From: Tubiluchus corallicola
Taxonomy: Eukaryota > Animalia > Priapulida
Assembly: GCA_030141605.1 (NCBI GenBank)
Contig: JAQGDQ010000166.1
Location: forward strand, 228,661 to 292,660
Direction: 5' to 3'
Length of the DNA stretch: 64,000 nucleotides
Numbering within the stretch: the stretch's first letter is position 1; each line of letters opens with the position of its first letter. Positions 1 to 34,200 of this stretch are shown here, in pieces. The position numbers were made by a program, and so were the translations under genes. The notes under the pieces were generated by a model. It did no database searches. It was not told where the DNA came from and was given only the letters and a program-made list of their open reading frames with translations.

Positions 1-380
1 CCTAGCAGTGAAACCATAAAATTTGTATTAGAACATGTCGCCGATTGTTTTCCTAGCAGTGGAACAATAAAGTTTGTATTAGAGCGTGTTGCCCATTGTT
101 TGTATAGCAGTGGAACAATAAAGTTTGTATTAGAACGTGTTGCCCATTGTTTGCCTAGCAGTGGAACAGCAGAATTCGCATTAGAACATGACACCCATTG
201 TTTGCCTAACAGTGAAACAATAGAATTTATATTAGAACATGGCTCCCATTGTTTGCCTCGCAGTGAAACACTAGAATTTGTAACAAAACATGGCTCCCAT
301 TGTTTGCCTAGCAGTGGAACAATAGAATTTGCAATAAATCTTGGTGCCTATTGTGTTGAGCCACAATTTGCTTGTGCCTA
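1..380. repeat. 51-bp minisatellite (>=7 copies, runs off left edge)
   Basis: cctagcagtggaacaata...cccattgtttg recurring at 1, 52, 103, 154, 205, 256 and ~307. Confidence 0.9.
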
Positions 381-423
381 GCAATCTCTCTGCACACGCG
401 TGGCATGTGAATCTATGCCTCAC

Positions 424-20382
<19,959 letters not shown>

Positions 20383-20879
20383 GATGCAAAACTAATTTTT
20401 GGTATTTTCAAAGCAAAAAAATCATTATTAATGAGTTTTTACCGCCGGCGATTGATTGCTGCAAGCAATACGGGAAACCTTGAAGATCCTTCAAAATACG
20501 GGTTTTGGAATAAATTGCCCTATTCCTAAAAATTGAAAGAAAACGTTTTCTTTGGTGGTTTCTTGTAGTGTTTGGTCCAAAGAATAACATATCCAAAGTA
20601 GGCCAAAATTTGAATACCCAAAAGGGTCTCATTATGGCCTCCAAAAAAGATGGCATTCATTTGACCATTACGAAAATGAATTATTGGTATTAAGTATTAG
20701 AATGGTAGAAATGTTCATTTTGACTCAAAAGCACGAAACTTTGCATATCACTAGAACCCAATAAAGTGATTAGTTTTGGTTATCAAGTCAATCAAAATTC
20801 ATCCAATATAGCCACCACATTCAAGATAGGTGATAAGAAGTGAGGACTACGGTGATGATTGATAATCCTTTCTGTCCCC

Positions 20880-20896
20880 CTTTATCTCTCTTTCTC

Positions 20897-20942
<46 letters not shown>
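20880..20942. repeat. (CT)n microsatellite between CLPB and mael starts
   Basis: Direct reading. Confidence 0.9.
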
Positions 20943-20944
<2 letters not shown>

Positions 20945-22115
20945 ATCTCCTCTTTTCCCACTTTTCTTTCTTCACGTCCATTTCCCTATTAAATGCCAAA
21001 AACCAAGTGACATTAAAATAGCGTAGACTCTCTTCAGCAAATCTAACTGTGTTTGCACACACCGTTTTCCTATCAGATAAGTGAGACTGTGTCACATGAG
21101 TACTAAGTCGTATATGGGTTGTCATTGTTAGTGGCATTTTGGGTAAGGAAAACAACAGCCTTGACGTTTTGACATCTTCATGTTGCAACTAGTCTCCCAA
21201 AGCAAGAAGGCCATAATGCAATTGATTGATATCATTCCTTGCCTAAACTATGGGATGTACTGTAGCACGGTGAGCTATATTGTAGAAAAGACAACAATCA
21301 GGCTGCCCGGAACGAATCAACTTGGCAGCCAGTGCTAAGTAGACACAGCGAAGATTTACTGGAAGTGAAAAACAATAAACACAATAACTTCTACTGTTTT
21401 AACGAAGTTTAAGTAGGTCTCTTATTATAGCTACCCAGCTTCTCACCCAAATTTCTTTATTTTTTCATGAAAATACTGGTCACCAGGAAATCAAGACAGT
21501 TTTCTTGAGCCGAAGTTTGTGTCTCGGTCCCATGGCAACCTGCTGTTGTATCAGTCATCATGTCCGGGATGCACAAACATTTACGTTTGCATCGAGGACG
21601 CATGCAAAAAACACATGCAACTGACATGTGTCAGGAACGCACCATGTAAATATGCTCTAAGGAAAACTGAGAGGCATCATCTTTACGAGTGTTGTACTAT
21701 CTGCTTAGCATGGATAGCATAGTTAAAAATGAAGGATATATGGCAACAACATTATTTTCAACATCTATGGGCATATACTTGCTTTCAGCCAGACTGAAGG
21801 GTAAGAAAAAGTATGTTTCAAAAAACATTCCATGCATTACAAAGTTATATTACCCACTATTATGCTCACTAGTTTGAATGACGTAATAATATGTGACTGA
21901 ATGATAACAATTTCTCCGCATTGTTATCAGAGATGATCTCCCTACTCTGGCAGTACTTTGGTCAATCCTTTTTTTCACAAAGAGTTGCCATATTGTTATT
22001 ATTGCTCAAGTACGGAAGTCTTTCACGACACAGTTCAGCTGTTGCGATTTTGCAATTTGCAGTGTGTGAGTTTGTGGTTTGTAAACATTTTTAGAGTCAT
22101 TTGTTTTTATACAGA

Positions 22116-22259
22116 ATGCCTCCAAAACGAGCGCAGAAATTCGTAAAGAAAAATGGATTTTATATGTTCATGTTGGAGCTGATGCCAAAATTTAGACAAG
22201 AAGGGAGAGCTGTCAATAATATGGCAGAAGTTTCAGAGCTTGCAGCTCCGCGATGGAAG
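22116..22259 (+). CDS. mael: mael coding exon 1 (HMG-like box)
   Basis: [26 protein letters not shown]...AAPRWK|GTAAGT; ATG directly follows a ttttatacag acceptor, implying an upstream non-coding exon. Confidence 0.88.
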
Positions 22260-25200
22260 GTAAGTTCTAAGTTCACTGTAGTAATATTTGCAAAACGTTA
22301 TCTGTGTTACAGGGTCAATGAACTGAAATGCAATATGTTTCTCAACTTTGCCAACAAAGTAAAGTCTTTGCGCAGATTCGACCGTTTAATCAAAAGCTAC
22401 TGTACAATTTAAGACCTATAATATTTACGCGTTTACATATATAGTGTAGTCATTAGTCCGGCATGTTAGGTCTAAGCAAAGTGGCAATCAGTTTAGTTCC
22501 TGCCAAAACTTAAGCGGTATGCATGAGAAAGGTGATATATTAGAACTATTAATACATTGTGCCAAAACTATTTTTATGTTACTTGATTAAGTGTTAGGAA
22601 ACCCTAACCTTGTTAACAATTAGTTGATTATGGCAGCAATGCTAGGACTACAACGTCACAGTTAGAGAAGTGACGACCTTAAGCCAGCATTACATATAGG
22701 AGTAAGTAAGTAAATAAGTAAAAAATTTATTTGTCTCTGAATTTTACAAAATAAGCATAAACAAAAGCTAAAAACTAAAATGAAGACGGAAAAGAGGTGG
22801 CGTTGCAAAAAGACCAAATGTCACCAAGTCAACCACCCCTATCCAAACTAAAGAAAATTAAATGACCTGTCAAGTGAGGTATGTACAAATGTAAATAATA
22901 AGCAACTTAACAAAATAAATAAAAAAAATAAATAAATGAGACAACAAGTTCAAATAAGTTTAAATTTAGAGTCAGTAAATAAGTTTGGCTATGAGAAGAG
23001 GCAAGTTTTAAATTAGCAAACAAAACGGAAAATTTAAACTCATCAAAAACAAAACTAATAATTACATATAAATCAAGAACTCGAACCAACGTAAGACGCA
23101 ATATAAAAAAACTAAAGCAATATCGAAGTTACGTCAATTACAGATACATTGAACAAAATATAACTCAAGTAAAAATAATGAAAGTAGGTCAGCGATAAAC
23201 AATAAGGATAATGCTGAATCTTTTTTTTCTAGACTATGTGAATATTCAGTGAAATAGATGTCGAACCGAAAGATAACTAAGAGATAAATTCGAAACTAAG
23301 ATTAAAAAAAATTTTTTTCCTAAATCCATTAATTAACTGAATAGTTGCCGATTAAATAGAGGCAAAATTTTTTAACTGCAGTGTGCAATGTTTGGCATGC
23401 TAAGATTTCATGAGGAAGACTATTAAAAAGTTTGACACCATTATGGTGTAGAGAATTCAAGCCACATTGAGTCTTGTACCTATTTTGAAAGTAGAAACCT
23501 TTTTTGAGGATCTCGTGGAGTATGAATGGACTTCGTTTATTTTTAAAAAATAGTTCTTAATTTTTTAACTGCAGTGTGCAATGTTTGGCAAGCTAAGATT
23601 TCATGAGGGAGACTATTAAAAAGTTTGACACCATTATGGTGTAGAGAATTCAAGCCATATTGAGTCTTGTACCTATTTTGAAAGTAGAAACCTTTTTTTG
23701 GGGATCTCGTGGAGTATGAATGGACTTCGTTTATTTTTAAAAAATAGTTCTTAATTTTTTAACTACAGTGTGCGATGTTTGGCAAGCTAAGATTTCACGA
23801 GGGAGACTATTAAAAAGTTTTACACCATTATGGTGTAGAGAATTCAAGCCATATTGAGTCTTGTACCTATTTTGAAAGTAGAAATCTTTTTTGGGGATCT
23901 CGTGGAGTATGAATGGACTTCGTTTATTTTTAAGAAATAGTTCTTAATTTTTTAACTGCAGTGTGTAATGTTTGGCAAGCTAAGATTTCATGAGGGAGAC
24001 TATTAAAAAGTTTGACACAATTATGGTATAGAGAATTCAAGCCACATTGAGTCTTGTACCTATTTTGAAAGTAGAAACCTTTTTTTGAGGATCTCGTGGA
24101 GTATGAATGGACTTCGTTTATTTTTAAAAAATAGTTCTTAATTTTTTAACTGCAGTGTTCAATGTTTGGCAAGCTAAGATTTCATGAGGGAGACTATTAA
24201 AAAGTTTGACACCATTATGGTGTAGAGAATTCAAGCCACATTGAGTCTTGTACCTATTTTGAAAGTAGAAACCTTTTTTGAGGATCTTGTGGAGTATGAA
24301 TGGACTTCGTTTATTTTTAAAAAATAGTTCTTAATTTTTTAACTGCAGTGTGCAATGTTTGGCAAGCTAAGATTTCATGAGGGAGACTATTAAAAAGTTT
24401 GACACCATTATGGTGTAGAGAATTCAAGCCATATTGAGTCTTGTACCTATTTTGAAAGTAGAAACCTTTTTTTGGGGATCTCGTGGAGTATGAATGGACT
24501 TCGTTTATTTTTAAAAAAATAGTTCTTATATATATACCTGACAAAGTACCTGTTTTGTACTTGTACATAAACTTAAAGAGTTCCAAACTGTATATATCGC
24601 AAACTTTTAATATATCGTAACTGTTTATACGAAGGTGTAGCATGTGCTTTGGAATGAGAGAATGTAATTAATTTAACAATTTTGTTTTGTAAGGTAGTAA
24701 GTGGTAAGTGGTTGTAGTATATATTGCTTAGTTTTTCCCCAGCACAGCACACAGTACTGTAAGTATGGATACACTAAAGCATAATATATCATTATGAGGA
24801 TTGGCCAAGGACTACTATACTACTATATATAGTATATAGTAGTAGTATAGTAGTCCTTGGGATTGGCATATTAATATAGTGACGTAGTTTTGCAAATACA
24901 CCTGCAGTTTTACTTAGTTTTCTTGTTATAGTATTAATATGAGTTTTCCATTTTATGTTACTATCAATTTGAAGCCCAAGGTACTTAATGCAGTTGGTTT
25001 GAACTAAATCATGGTTACCTATTTTTTAAATTAAACACCAATTTCTCATTTTGTGATATGTTCCTTCCAATTAACATGTACTTGGTTTTTGCTAAATTTA
25101 CTGACAGGCTGTTGGCTAACATCCAATTATTGACTTTTAGTAATTCAGAATTAGTTCGATTTTGGAGAGACTGTAAATTGGTGTCTGATAGAAAGAAACA

Positions 25201-28200
25201 TGTGTCGTCGGCGAAGAGTCGAGTGTTTAAGTTAGAACAAAGAGGCAAGTCGTTAATGTAGATGAGGAAGAACAGAGGGCCAAGTACAGACCCCTGCGGA
25301 ATGCCACATGTCACTGGGAGTTGGCGGTTGTCGAGGTATGATTTGATAAGACTCAGGGCTGTGCCTCATATGCCATAGTTTTGTAGTTTCTGAAGTAAGA
25401 TATGGTGCTGAACTGTGTCGAAGGCTTTCGAAAGGTCTAAAAATATAGCACAGGTGACAGAGTTTTTGTCCAGGCAGTGCAGTAAGTTTTCCGTAAATTC
25501 TGCAGTAGCTAGGGCTGTAGAGAAGAATTTTCTAAGGAGAAAATTTTCTAGAGAAGCAGAAAAAGTAAAACGGCTAATCTGCTACTTGGAATGATTTAAA
25601 GGGACTTTAGTAGTAGGTGTAGAACAGAAATTCTACAGTCAAACAAATCCATAATAAGAACAATTATAGAGCACGCATCACCAGTCTGGAACCCATATTC
25701 CTTGCAAAATACTATATTAATTGAGAATGTTCAAGGAAGAACCACAAAACTCTGCAGTTCACTAAAAACCTGCCCTACCACAAGAAACTGCAGTAACTGT
25801 GACTAGCAATATGCAAAGTTGTAGTGAACATACATATTTCTAGATGACATGTATGAGATCAGTACACATATGAATAACATATTTCAAATGAAGGTGCCAG
25901 TAAGAAAAGAACACTTGTTTAAACTTCATACAAGACTGGAGATACGTAGGAATTTCTATTCCCAGCAAGTAATAAATCATAGGAATCGACTGGCAGAAGC
26001 TGCATTAGATGCTGTAAATGTAAATCGGTTTAGGAACATCAGAGAGCAGGAATATGCAAATTTTGAATACACCAGTGTCTCGGTTCGCCGGCCCTCGCTT
26101 TTACAGAGATTGGAAGAATCGGACAAAATCTGGACCGTTAAAAAGTCCCGCATACTACGGACACAGTTCGTTGTTTCGCGACCTGACTGCTAGTTAGTTA
26201 AAAACGCAAACACAATTTCATGTTCGTGCCACTAGTTCTTCGCTGTTATACGGATTTTGCAATTCTCTAGTTAGACGGGCACTAGTGCCTGCATTTCGAA
26301 AACGAATTGCACAAAAAACAGGTGCTGTACTTCTCAGTTCAGATGTGTTAGTTTGTGATGAACTACACATGTTCGACAGCTCATGCCTGAGCACAGTGGT
26401 AAATTTGAAATTTGAATTTTTATTTTAAAAGTTGCCTGGTTTTAGTACAACACCCTAAATATCTTACAGTAGTTCTGTACTTCAATTTTTGCTTTGATAA
26501 AGACTTGCAGCGCGCTCGTGGAATAATTTTGCTGTTCCAGAAAATCATGTTAGTTTGTGATGTCGCCAATAGTTAGGTTTGCTTGCCGTTAAGTTTTAAA
26601 TCTATTACTTAATTATCAGAAATGCTTTTGCAGTATTTACTGTGTTAAAATGCATACTTTTTATCAGACATCAAAACAGGATAGAATATGAAAAGTCATC
26701 CTGTCTTCCTTTAACCACAATAGCATTGTTTTCAGTTGCTAGACGACAAAACTAGGAAACTGTATGATGAAAAAGCCAAAGAATACAACAAGCAGATGAG
26801 GCAGTCGGATGGATATGGTGGACGATTAGACTGCACTGGACAGCTGTTATCTGTAAGCTTACATCATAGTTCTACTCGATATGATTTATTTCCCATTGTT
26901 CTTTACCTATAAGGTTTCAAACTCTGCATCAATGGTAGAGTAATAAATATTGCACTGCGAAAAAATATGCATAATTAGAATTATCAGCTTCGTGGTATGT
27001 ACTAGTGCATTAATTACTGATATTACACGTGTATTAAACGAAAAGCGCTATTAGGCTTATTTCAATTCTTGCAAAAATAACAGAAGCATTTAGTAACAAA
27101 AGTGAGATGAGCACGAATTACTTTCAATTCGCGATTATTTCGTGCTTGGGGACTCCCAGTTTGAATGCTTATTTTTCCACCAATGACGTCATTTTGAATG
27201 CTTATTTTTCCACCAATGACGTCATTTTGAATGCTTATTTTTCCACCAATGATGTCATTTTGAATGCTTATTTTTCCACCAATGACGTCATTTTGAATGC
27301 TTATTTTTCCACCAATGACGCCTTTCATCAACTGAAGAAAAGCGGCATGCCATTAATAAGTTTTTACATAAAAATATAGTTAATTCTGTGATATTTTTGC
27401 GTTAACGTATAAAGTAAGCTGCGAAAGCTTGAATCACTCGCTTACGAAAAGCCTCGATGCGCTTACGAAATGTCACAATGCCATAATTTTCTATTGAATG
27501 GTGGCTACCACCACACCTGAAAATGTCTGTAAGTGGTAATTTAACTTTATAGACAGTTTTAGTGCCAATATCTAAGTTTAAGTTATAACCGGGTAAAATA
27601 ATTAATAGTTAAAAACAACACAACTCTATTAAAACTTTTACTTTGAAAAGTTAAAATCATGCCAAACGTTTCGACAGACTACTGCTGTTGTCATCATCAG
27701 TGGTAAAACTTTTAATAAAGTTGTGTTGTTTTTAACTGCAAATGTAACTTGTTCTTTGCTTTAACTTATAAATTATTCAAACAGGAAAGAGTGGATTCCA
27801 AAGCTGAAAAGGCAAAGGTTTTGAAACAAATCCGATGGGAGGTCAAAAAGAAATGGACATCAAAAGAAGGTTTGTGCCTAAATAGAAATGAATCTTTTGT
27901 CAAAGTCATTTTAGGTCTTTGAGCAGTGGCGGCTCATTTATAGGTACTGTAGTACTGCACCACCAACTGTTTTCACTCATTATTATCGATAATATTCAAT
28001 ATAATAAGTCTTTTTTTAGTTCTTTTTTATACTTGTGCAGAACCAGAGCACGTGAGGGAAGTACTGTTTGCTTCACAGCCTAGCATAGTGGCGTTTCGCT
28101 GTTGTGCGCATGGGGCCTTGTGCACATGTCTGAGATAACACGCTGTACGTTAGCGTCTGCTGCTAGGTAGAGCAAGTACTGTCTGTATCACAGTAACAAT

Positions 28201-31200
28201 TGCCACACGCTGTACCGTCATATTCTTGGATGTGATAAAATATAAACTTAGAGTGTGTGCTTAATACATAAATTATTTAATAATGGACGCCTTGCATCCC
28301 CAAGAAATAAGTTTTGTGACTGTAAGTGAACTACAACAGCTTAATTTTTTACAGTTGTCTCTCCATGAGAAAGTTGCAGTTAATAAGAGGCTCTTCAACA
28401 CCCGATCTTCAAATATAACTACATCATTAGAATTACATGCAATTGTTTCGTTTTACACTGCATTAAGACAATGGCTAAAAATTTTCTGAAGCAGCATCCC
28501 CACTAATTTTAGCTATGAGCCTCTGTCTTTCAGACGCAGCACATGCGGGGCACGTAATGTTTGTTACGCATTGCAAAGTGTGATTTGCCTTGTGGCAAAT
28601 AATGATGCAGTTGCTTTTCAATTTGCACGAGTGTTAATTGATAATTTTAGAATTTTATACCAGGGATGTTACAGTTACCAGTGAATGTACTTTCGGTTCA
28701 GTTTCGGCAACATCCCTGATATATATATAAACAAACGCTTAGCAATGTTTGTACCATGAGTCAAAATAAAGTTGTTTGAGGGGAAATGAAATCTAAACAT
28801 GTTGGTACGTGATAAAGTAATACATGTGTTTAAATAACCTACCTAAACAAACGTGTATCAAAAAGCTTAATATGTATGCGTGAATAACTTACATGAATAA
28901 AAACCTCGTGTATCAAAAAGCTTAATAAGTATGCATAAATAACTTACATGTATAAAAACCCCGTGTATCAAAAAGCTGGTTTATAATGGTGTTACTCGAG
29001 TCAATAGAATTACTTGAGACAAGAGTGTGGATAGGATTCATCAGTTTGTTTTTGGAGGTTAAGTGACATTGTTGTCATATAAGAATAAAATCTTATTCAA
29101 GGTAGTTATGCACGTGATAACATATGATGGTTAGTACCAGGATTGCATTACCCCATATGCTGCAGCCCAGGGCCCCTCAATCTTGGGGGGGGGTCACACT
29201 TTGCATTACTGAATAACTCATATAACAAAATAAAATTTCAACTTTAAAAAAGGAGGCCGGGAAAACTGAAAATCCAATTTTAAACTGCCTCCTCATTTGA
29301 AACAAAAGGCCCTTGTTTCAGGCTATTTGTGTGAGATAATGGCCCCTCTTTGAAGCCTTATTTATGATATGGGCCCTCCAGCTAATATTGCTGATGTTGC
29401 TGAAATATATCACGAGGAAACAAAATATTCCGCACGAGTGTTAGCAAATTAGAGGGTGGTTCTGTGTGATTGGGCGTCATAATTTCATTAACCTAGGGAG
29501 TCCAAAAAGTCATAGCCCGGCCCTTGTCGCTTATTGTACCGAGTACGCGATTGTAGTATTATGTGACCCATTTAATTGTGAGGTACTACTACACTAAAGT
29601 ACTGAATTAATCTATGCTGCCATCTACAGTCGTTGTTTTATTCTCTCAGCTTCATTCCCTCAGGCATGCAAGTTTCTGTTGATCTAAAGACAGCATTGAG
29701 AAAGGATGCAAAATTTCTACTGTAAAATATCATATTGCTAACTTTATGACAATTTGTTCAATTTTATGGTCTGCGATTTTACGTAAAAATTCTTTTAGCC
29801 TTCAGCAGAGTTTCAAAGCAATGAAGTTACATGCAGTTTTATTCTTAATATTCATGTCATTTTGACTTCGTAAATTTTTGCGCTTTGGCAATATGCACTA
29901 CTAAGTCTTTTCTACGTATTTATCTTACTAATCCTCTGTTCTTTATGCAAATATTTATTTTATTTGTCTTATAGTACTATTTCTACATAGCGATTTTTAA
30001 TTACATTTGTTTATCTTTCTTATTAGTACTTATTATTTATTCTAATAAACGTAAAATATCATCGTTGAAGACGTATTTAAAGGAGTAGAGATTATAAAGT
30101 TTATTTAGTATAAAGAAGCAAGATATTTCTGATCAATAGATATGAGTTATAATATGCGGTAAGCGTAAAGTGTAAAAATTATGGCTGTATCTCTTAACAT
30201 ACATATCGATTCAGTGTTATACAACGAACTCGCAAACTTTTTTAACTTTATGTAAGCAGGGTAATTCTTGTGGTTTATATTTTTTTACAGAATTGCTTAT
30301 ATGTGTTTTTGTGATATACAGTTCACTCACTACAGAGCAACTGTGAATCGCTTTCGTCTTCCAAAAAACAGTGACAGCTGGCCAATTCTATAGAAGTTTA
30401 TGATTTTTTTAAAAAAACGAAAAATCTGTCTCATGTAACCCCACTTCGACTCTTCTAACATTAAGTGTAGTCCCGACTCCGACTCCTTTAGCAGTAAATT
30501 TACTGCCGACTTCGACTCCATGGTCGGACTCCACGACTCCGACTCCAACAGGGATGAGAATTTTCCGTGGATACGCGGAATTCCGAGTTTTTGGAAAACC
30601 AGTAATGCCATTTTTGTAAATCGTGTAAATTCGTTGAGAAAACTTTTACAGACCCAGTACATTATTTCACAAGCTGACCGCTAATTGGCAGGCCGTCACT
30701 TTGTTTACATCACGTACATCAGTGTATATCTCTATGTATAAAAATATAGAATCAATTGTGCGGAGTTATTTGAGTCAATTGCAGACAGTTTTTATATACT
30801 TTTGCATAGGAGTGGCCAGTATTTAGGCATTTTTGAGATAATTAGGTATCATGTATCCTTGATAGTTGGGTATTTTAAATTATGCATGAAACAAGGTAAC
30901 TGGTATTTTAAGTTCACGTAGAGGCTCTCTATGGTCACAAAATTGCAATTTGTTGCTGGCTCCAAGGGGGGGGGGCTAGGTGGCCTTAAAAGCCCTGGCC
31001 TGTTTCAAAGTTTTTTGCAATTTGTTATTCTCATCCCTGCTCCAACTCCACAGTCCAGGTTTTGCATTAGCAATTTTTGCAGCAGGCACTCACAAATGCG
31101 TATTTTTAGCATCAATAGAAATGGATATCAACAAATCAACAATTTCCTTTCGTTGAAATTACTTAAAAGTCTGATGTGTCGACGCTACAGTACATATTTT

Positions 31201-34200
31201 GGTCCAAGGCTTTGGAATGACATAAATGATGAATTAAAAACTGTTCAGCCAATCCAAAAATTTAAAAAGAAATACAGAGCAATGATTCTCAACAAGTACA
31301 ATACTTCCTAATTTCCCACACCTACTGCAGCAGTCATAGCACAATCTTGGTAAAGATTATGCAAAACAAGGCATCATTGATAAATCCTTAGAGCTGATGT
31401 CAACATAGCACACTCTACTATCTTTTTTCCTACAATTTCCACTAATACATCCTTCTACCCTTCCTGTGTGATCTAACCTTTCTCCCTGTTCTTTTTTTGT
31501 TCACTCATCCATTCCTTTTTTATTGGGCTGACATGACAGTGGGCTTATACAAGTCTTTGCTTCTCTAGCGCACTGCAGTACAATTAATCTTTTATGATAA
31601 CGATAGTGTATGAAACATAACAATTTATTACAGTATGACATAATAATTTTGATGTCACTGTATGCTTTATGTCATTATATTGTACTGAATGTGTTAATAA
31701 TAAACTAAAAAATAAAAAAATAAAAACTACATTGTACTTATGCACAATGTATCAATTTTTTTTATTATTTCTATAGCTGTTGCCAAAGTGAAGTTTTACC
31801 TAATCCATTTCCAAACGTTTTGCAAAACAATCGAAGGTGAAGTTGTTCCAGCGGAACTCGGTTGCGTGGAATATTCCCTTAAAGATGGAATATCACGGGA
31901 GTACCACGAATTCATTGACCCAGGTATGTGGGTAACGGGTTATAAAATTCAATTTTTATTTATTTTGGGGAATGTTTTGGACATTCTTTTGATAATTTGA
32001 TGCTAGAATATAAAAGTCCAATATATTTAGCATGTATTTTTATAGAAAACGAAAAAATAACATTAGACCAAAATTTTCATATATTTTACTTTGAAGCATC
32101 ATAACGTAGTTTTAACTATGCCGACTTATGAACGGTTTTGGTATGCAAGCGCACAAATAATGCTCATTTACCAGTATGATTTCTGCTTATTTTTAGGCCC
32201 ACTTCCAATTGGATACACTTCGATGGCAAAAAGTAACAGTAAGTAACAGCTAAGAATATAGTTTTTCTAACTAGAAGCAAATAGGTGTCAGCGAGGTCTG
32301 ATTAATTCTTATATTTGATTTTGCTTAAAGCACAAGAAAACGCTTCATAAACATAAAGCTTAAAAATTCGTTTTGAAATTTTATATCACTTACATACTGC
32401 CTTTTTGCGTGCAGGACTTCAATCGGCAGTTACGCTGTATAAAACATGTAAATTTAAACTCCCGCGATGACCGTTAGACGCAGCTATTTTGACGACAGGT
32501 CATTTGAAACAAGTTTAGATAACATTTTGTAAAGTTTGAAAAAAGAATCAGAGCATTCGTAGCGCACAAGTCACTAACTAAGTAAAATTTAAAATTACTG
32601 TATCTTGTCAATAAGATTAAAAATACGTTTTTTGGTTAGTGAGTGGTGCACCCTGGAGAGTGAGTCAGCGACATTTTACCAATTGGTAAAAACATTTTAA
32701 ATAACTAATAATTTTCTTTTCTAGTTACATAAGTCTTTCTAGCAGGTAAGCGAAAATCTACGTAACATAGATTTGCACGGAAAGTCTTTTGAGATATAAT
32801 TTAACATTTCCTTTTCTTCCCTTCATTTACGTTTGGTGCATGACGTCATGTAATGGCGACTTTGGAACTGTATTGTGGGAGATTTAAAATGAAAACAAAC
32901 TAAAATTCCTTTCAGTGCGAGTACGATATACCCATAAAATTGCTGTAAAGTAATATAATTTTTTAAGGTGATTTTTCTCAAACCTACTTCAGGTACCACT
33001 TTTCTTGTCCTTTAAAGGAAACGAAAAGGGTATTTAAAAGTACACCATAAAGGAGTTTACATACAAAGTTATATTACTCAGCATTAGGTTTACCTACTTT
33101 AAAGACTTGTGTAGTTGAAAAAAATTGTTAATATTTTAAAATATTCCCGCCACCTGTTTAAACGTCGCTATCCTAGTGTGCACCACTGGCTCACCAAAAA
33201 ACATTGTTGAGCTTGTTGATACACTACATAAATGAATTTGAATTTTTACTTAGTCAGTGAAGAGTGCGATGTGCGTGTCTGTCCTTCTCTCTTTCTCTCT
33301 CTCTCTTTCACGCTCTCTCTTTCTCTCTCTCTCTCTCTGCCACTCTCTCTCTCTCTCTCCCCATAAAATGTATTATTGATCTTATTGACAAGTAGCAACA
33401 ATAGTATGCAATAAGACACTTATCCTGAGCAACAATAGTATGCAGTAAGTCACTTATCCAGGGCAACAATAGTATGCAATAAGACACTTACCCAGAGAAA
33501 CAATAGTATGCAAAAAGACACTTATACAGGACAACAATAGCATGCAATAAGCCACTTATCCAGGGCAACAATAATATGCAATAAGACACTTATCCCGAGC
33601 AACAATAGTATGCAATAAGACACTTACCCAGATCAACAATAGTATGCAATAAGACACTTACCCAGAGCAACAATAGTATGCAATAAGACACTTATCCTGA
33701 GCAACAATAGTATGCAATAAGACACTTATCCCGAGCAACAATAGTATGCAATAAGACACTCATCCCGAGCAACAATAGTGCAATAAGACACTTATACAGG
33801 GCAACAATAGTATGCAATGAGACACTACGCAAATGATACAAAATTTCAAGACGAATTTTTTTTAGTGGCAAGTATTTTCTTTTGCTTCAATATTCCACTT
33901 TAGGTGAAGACTACCATCGAATTCCTTGGAGAAATTTTGAACATGCAAATTCAAATTACCTGGGAATGTGGATTAAGTTGAAAAATTTTGTGAACCAGGA
34001 CGAAAAGAACGAATATCCACCAGTGTACTGTTTAGTAAGTAAAAATTCTATTCATATATGAAAGCAAAAATACGTTTTGAGGTCTGTTGTCAAACAAAAT
34101 ATCTCATTTTCCATCTATAGCTGTAATGACAGAAGCTTTTTCCAGCAGATGTAAATATCACTGAACTACTTTATTGCAACAAAATTCAGCACAAAAATGT

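Larger units (their letters stand above)
22700..25535 (-). mobile_element. 5'-truncated, degenerate LINE (CR1/L2 group) antisense in mael intron 1
   Basis: RT motifs [38 protein letters not shown]; ORF2 C-terminus (GVKLFNSLP); 3' UTR ending aataaa + (TTAC)n-like tail. Confidence 0.88.

Noticed and set aside
22700-25535. Active autonomous retrotransposon
   Set aside because: 5'-truncated, contains stops/frameshifts and an insertion; no intact transposase or RT ORF anywhere in the window.
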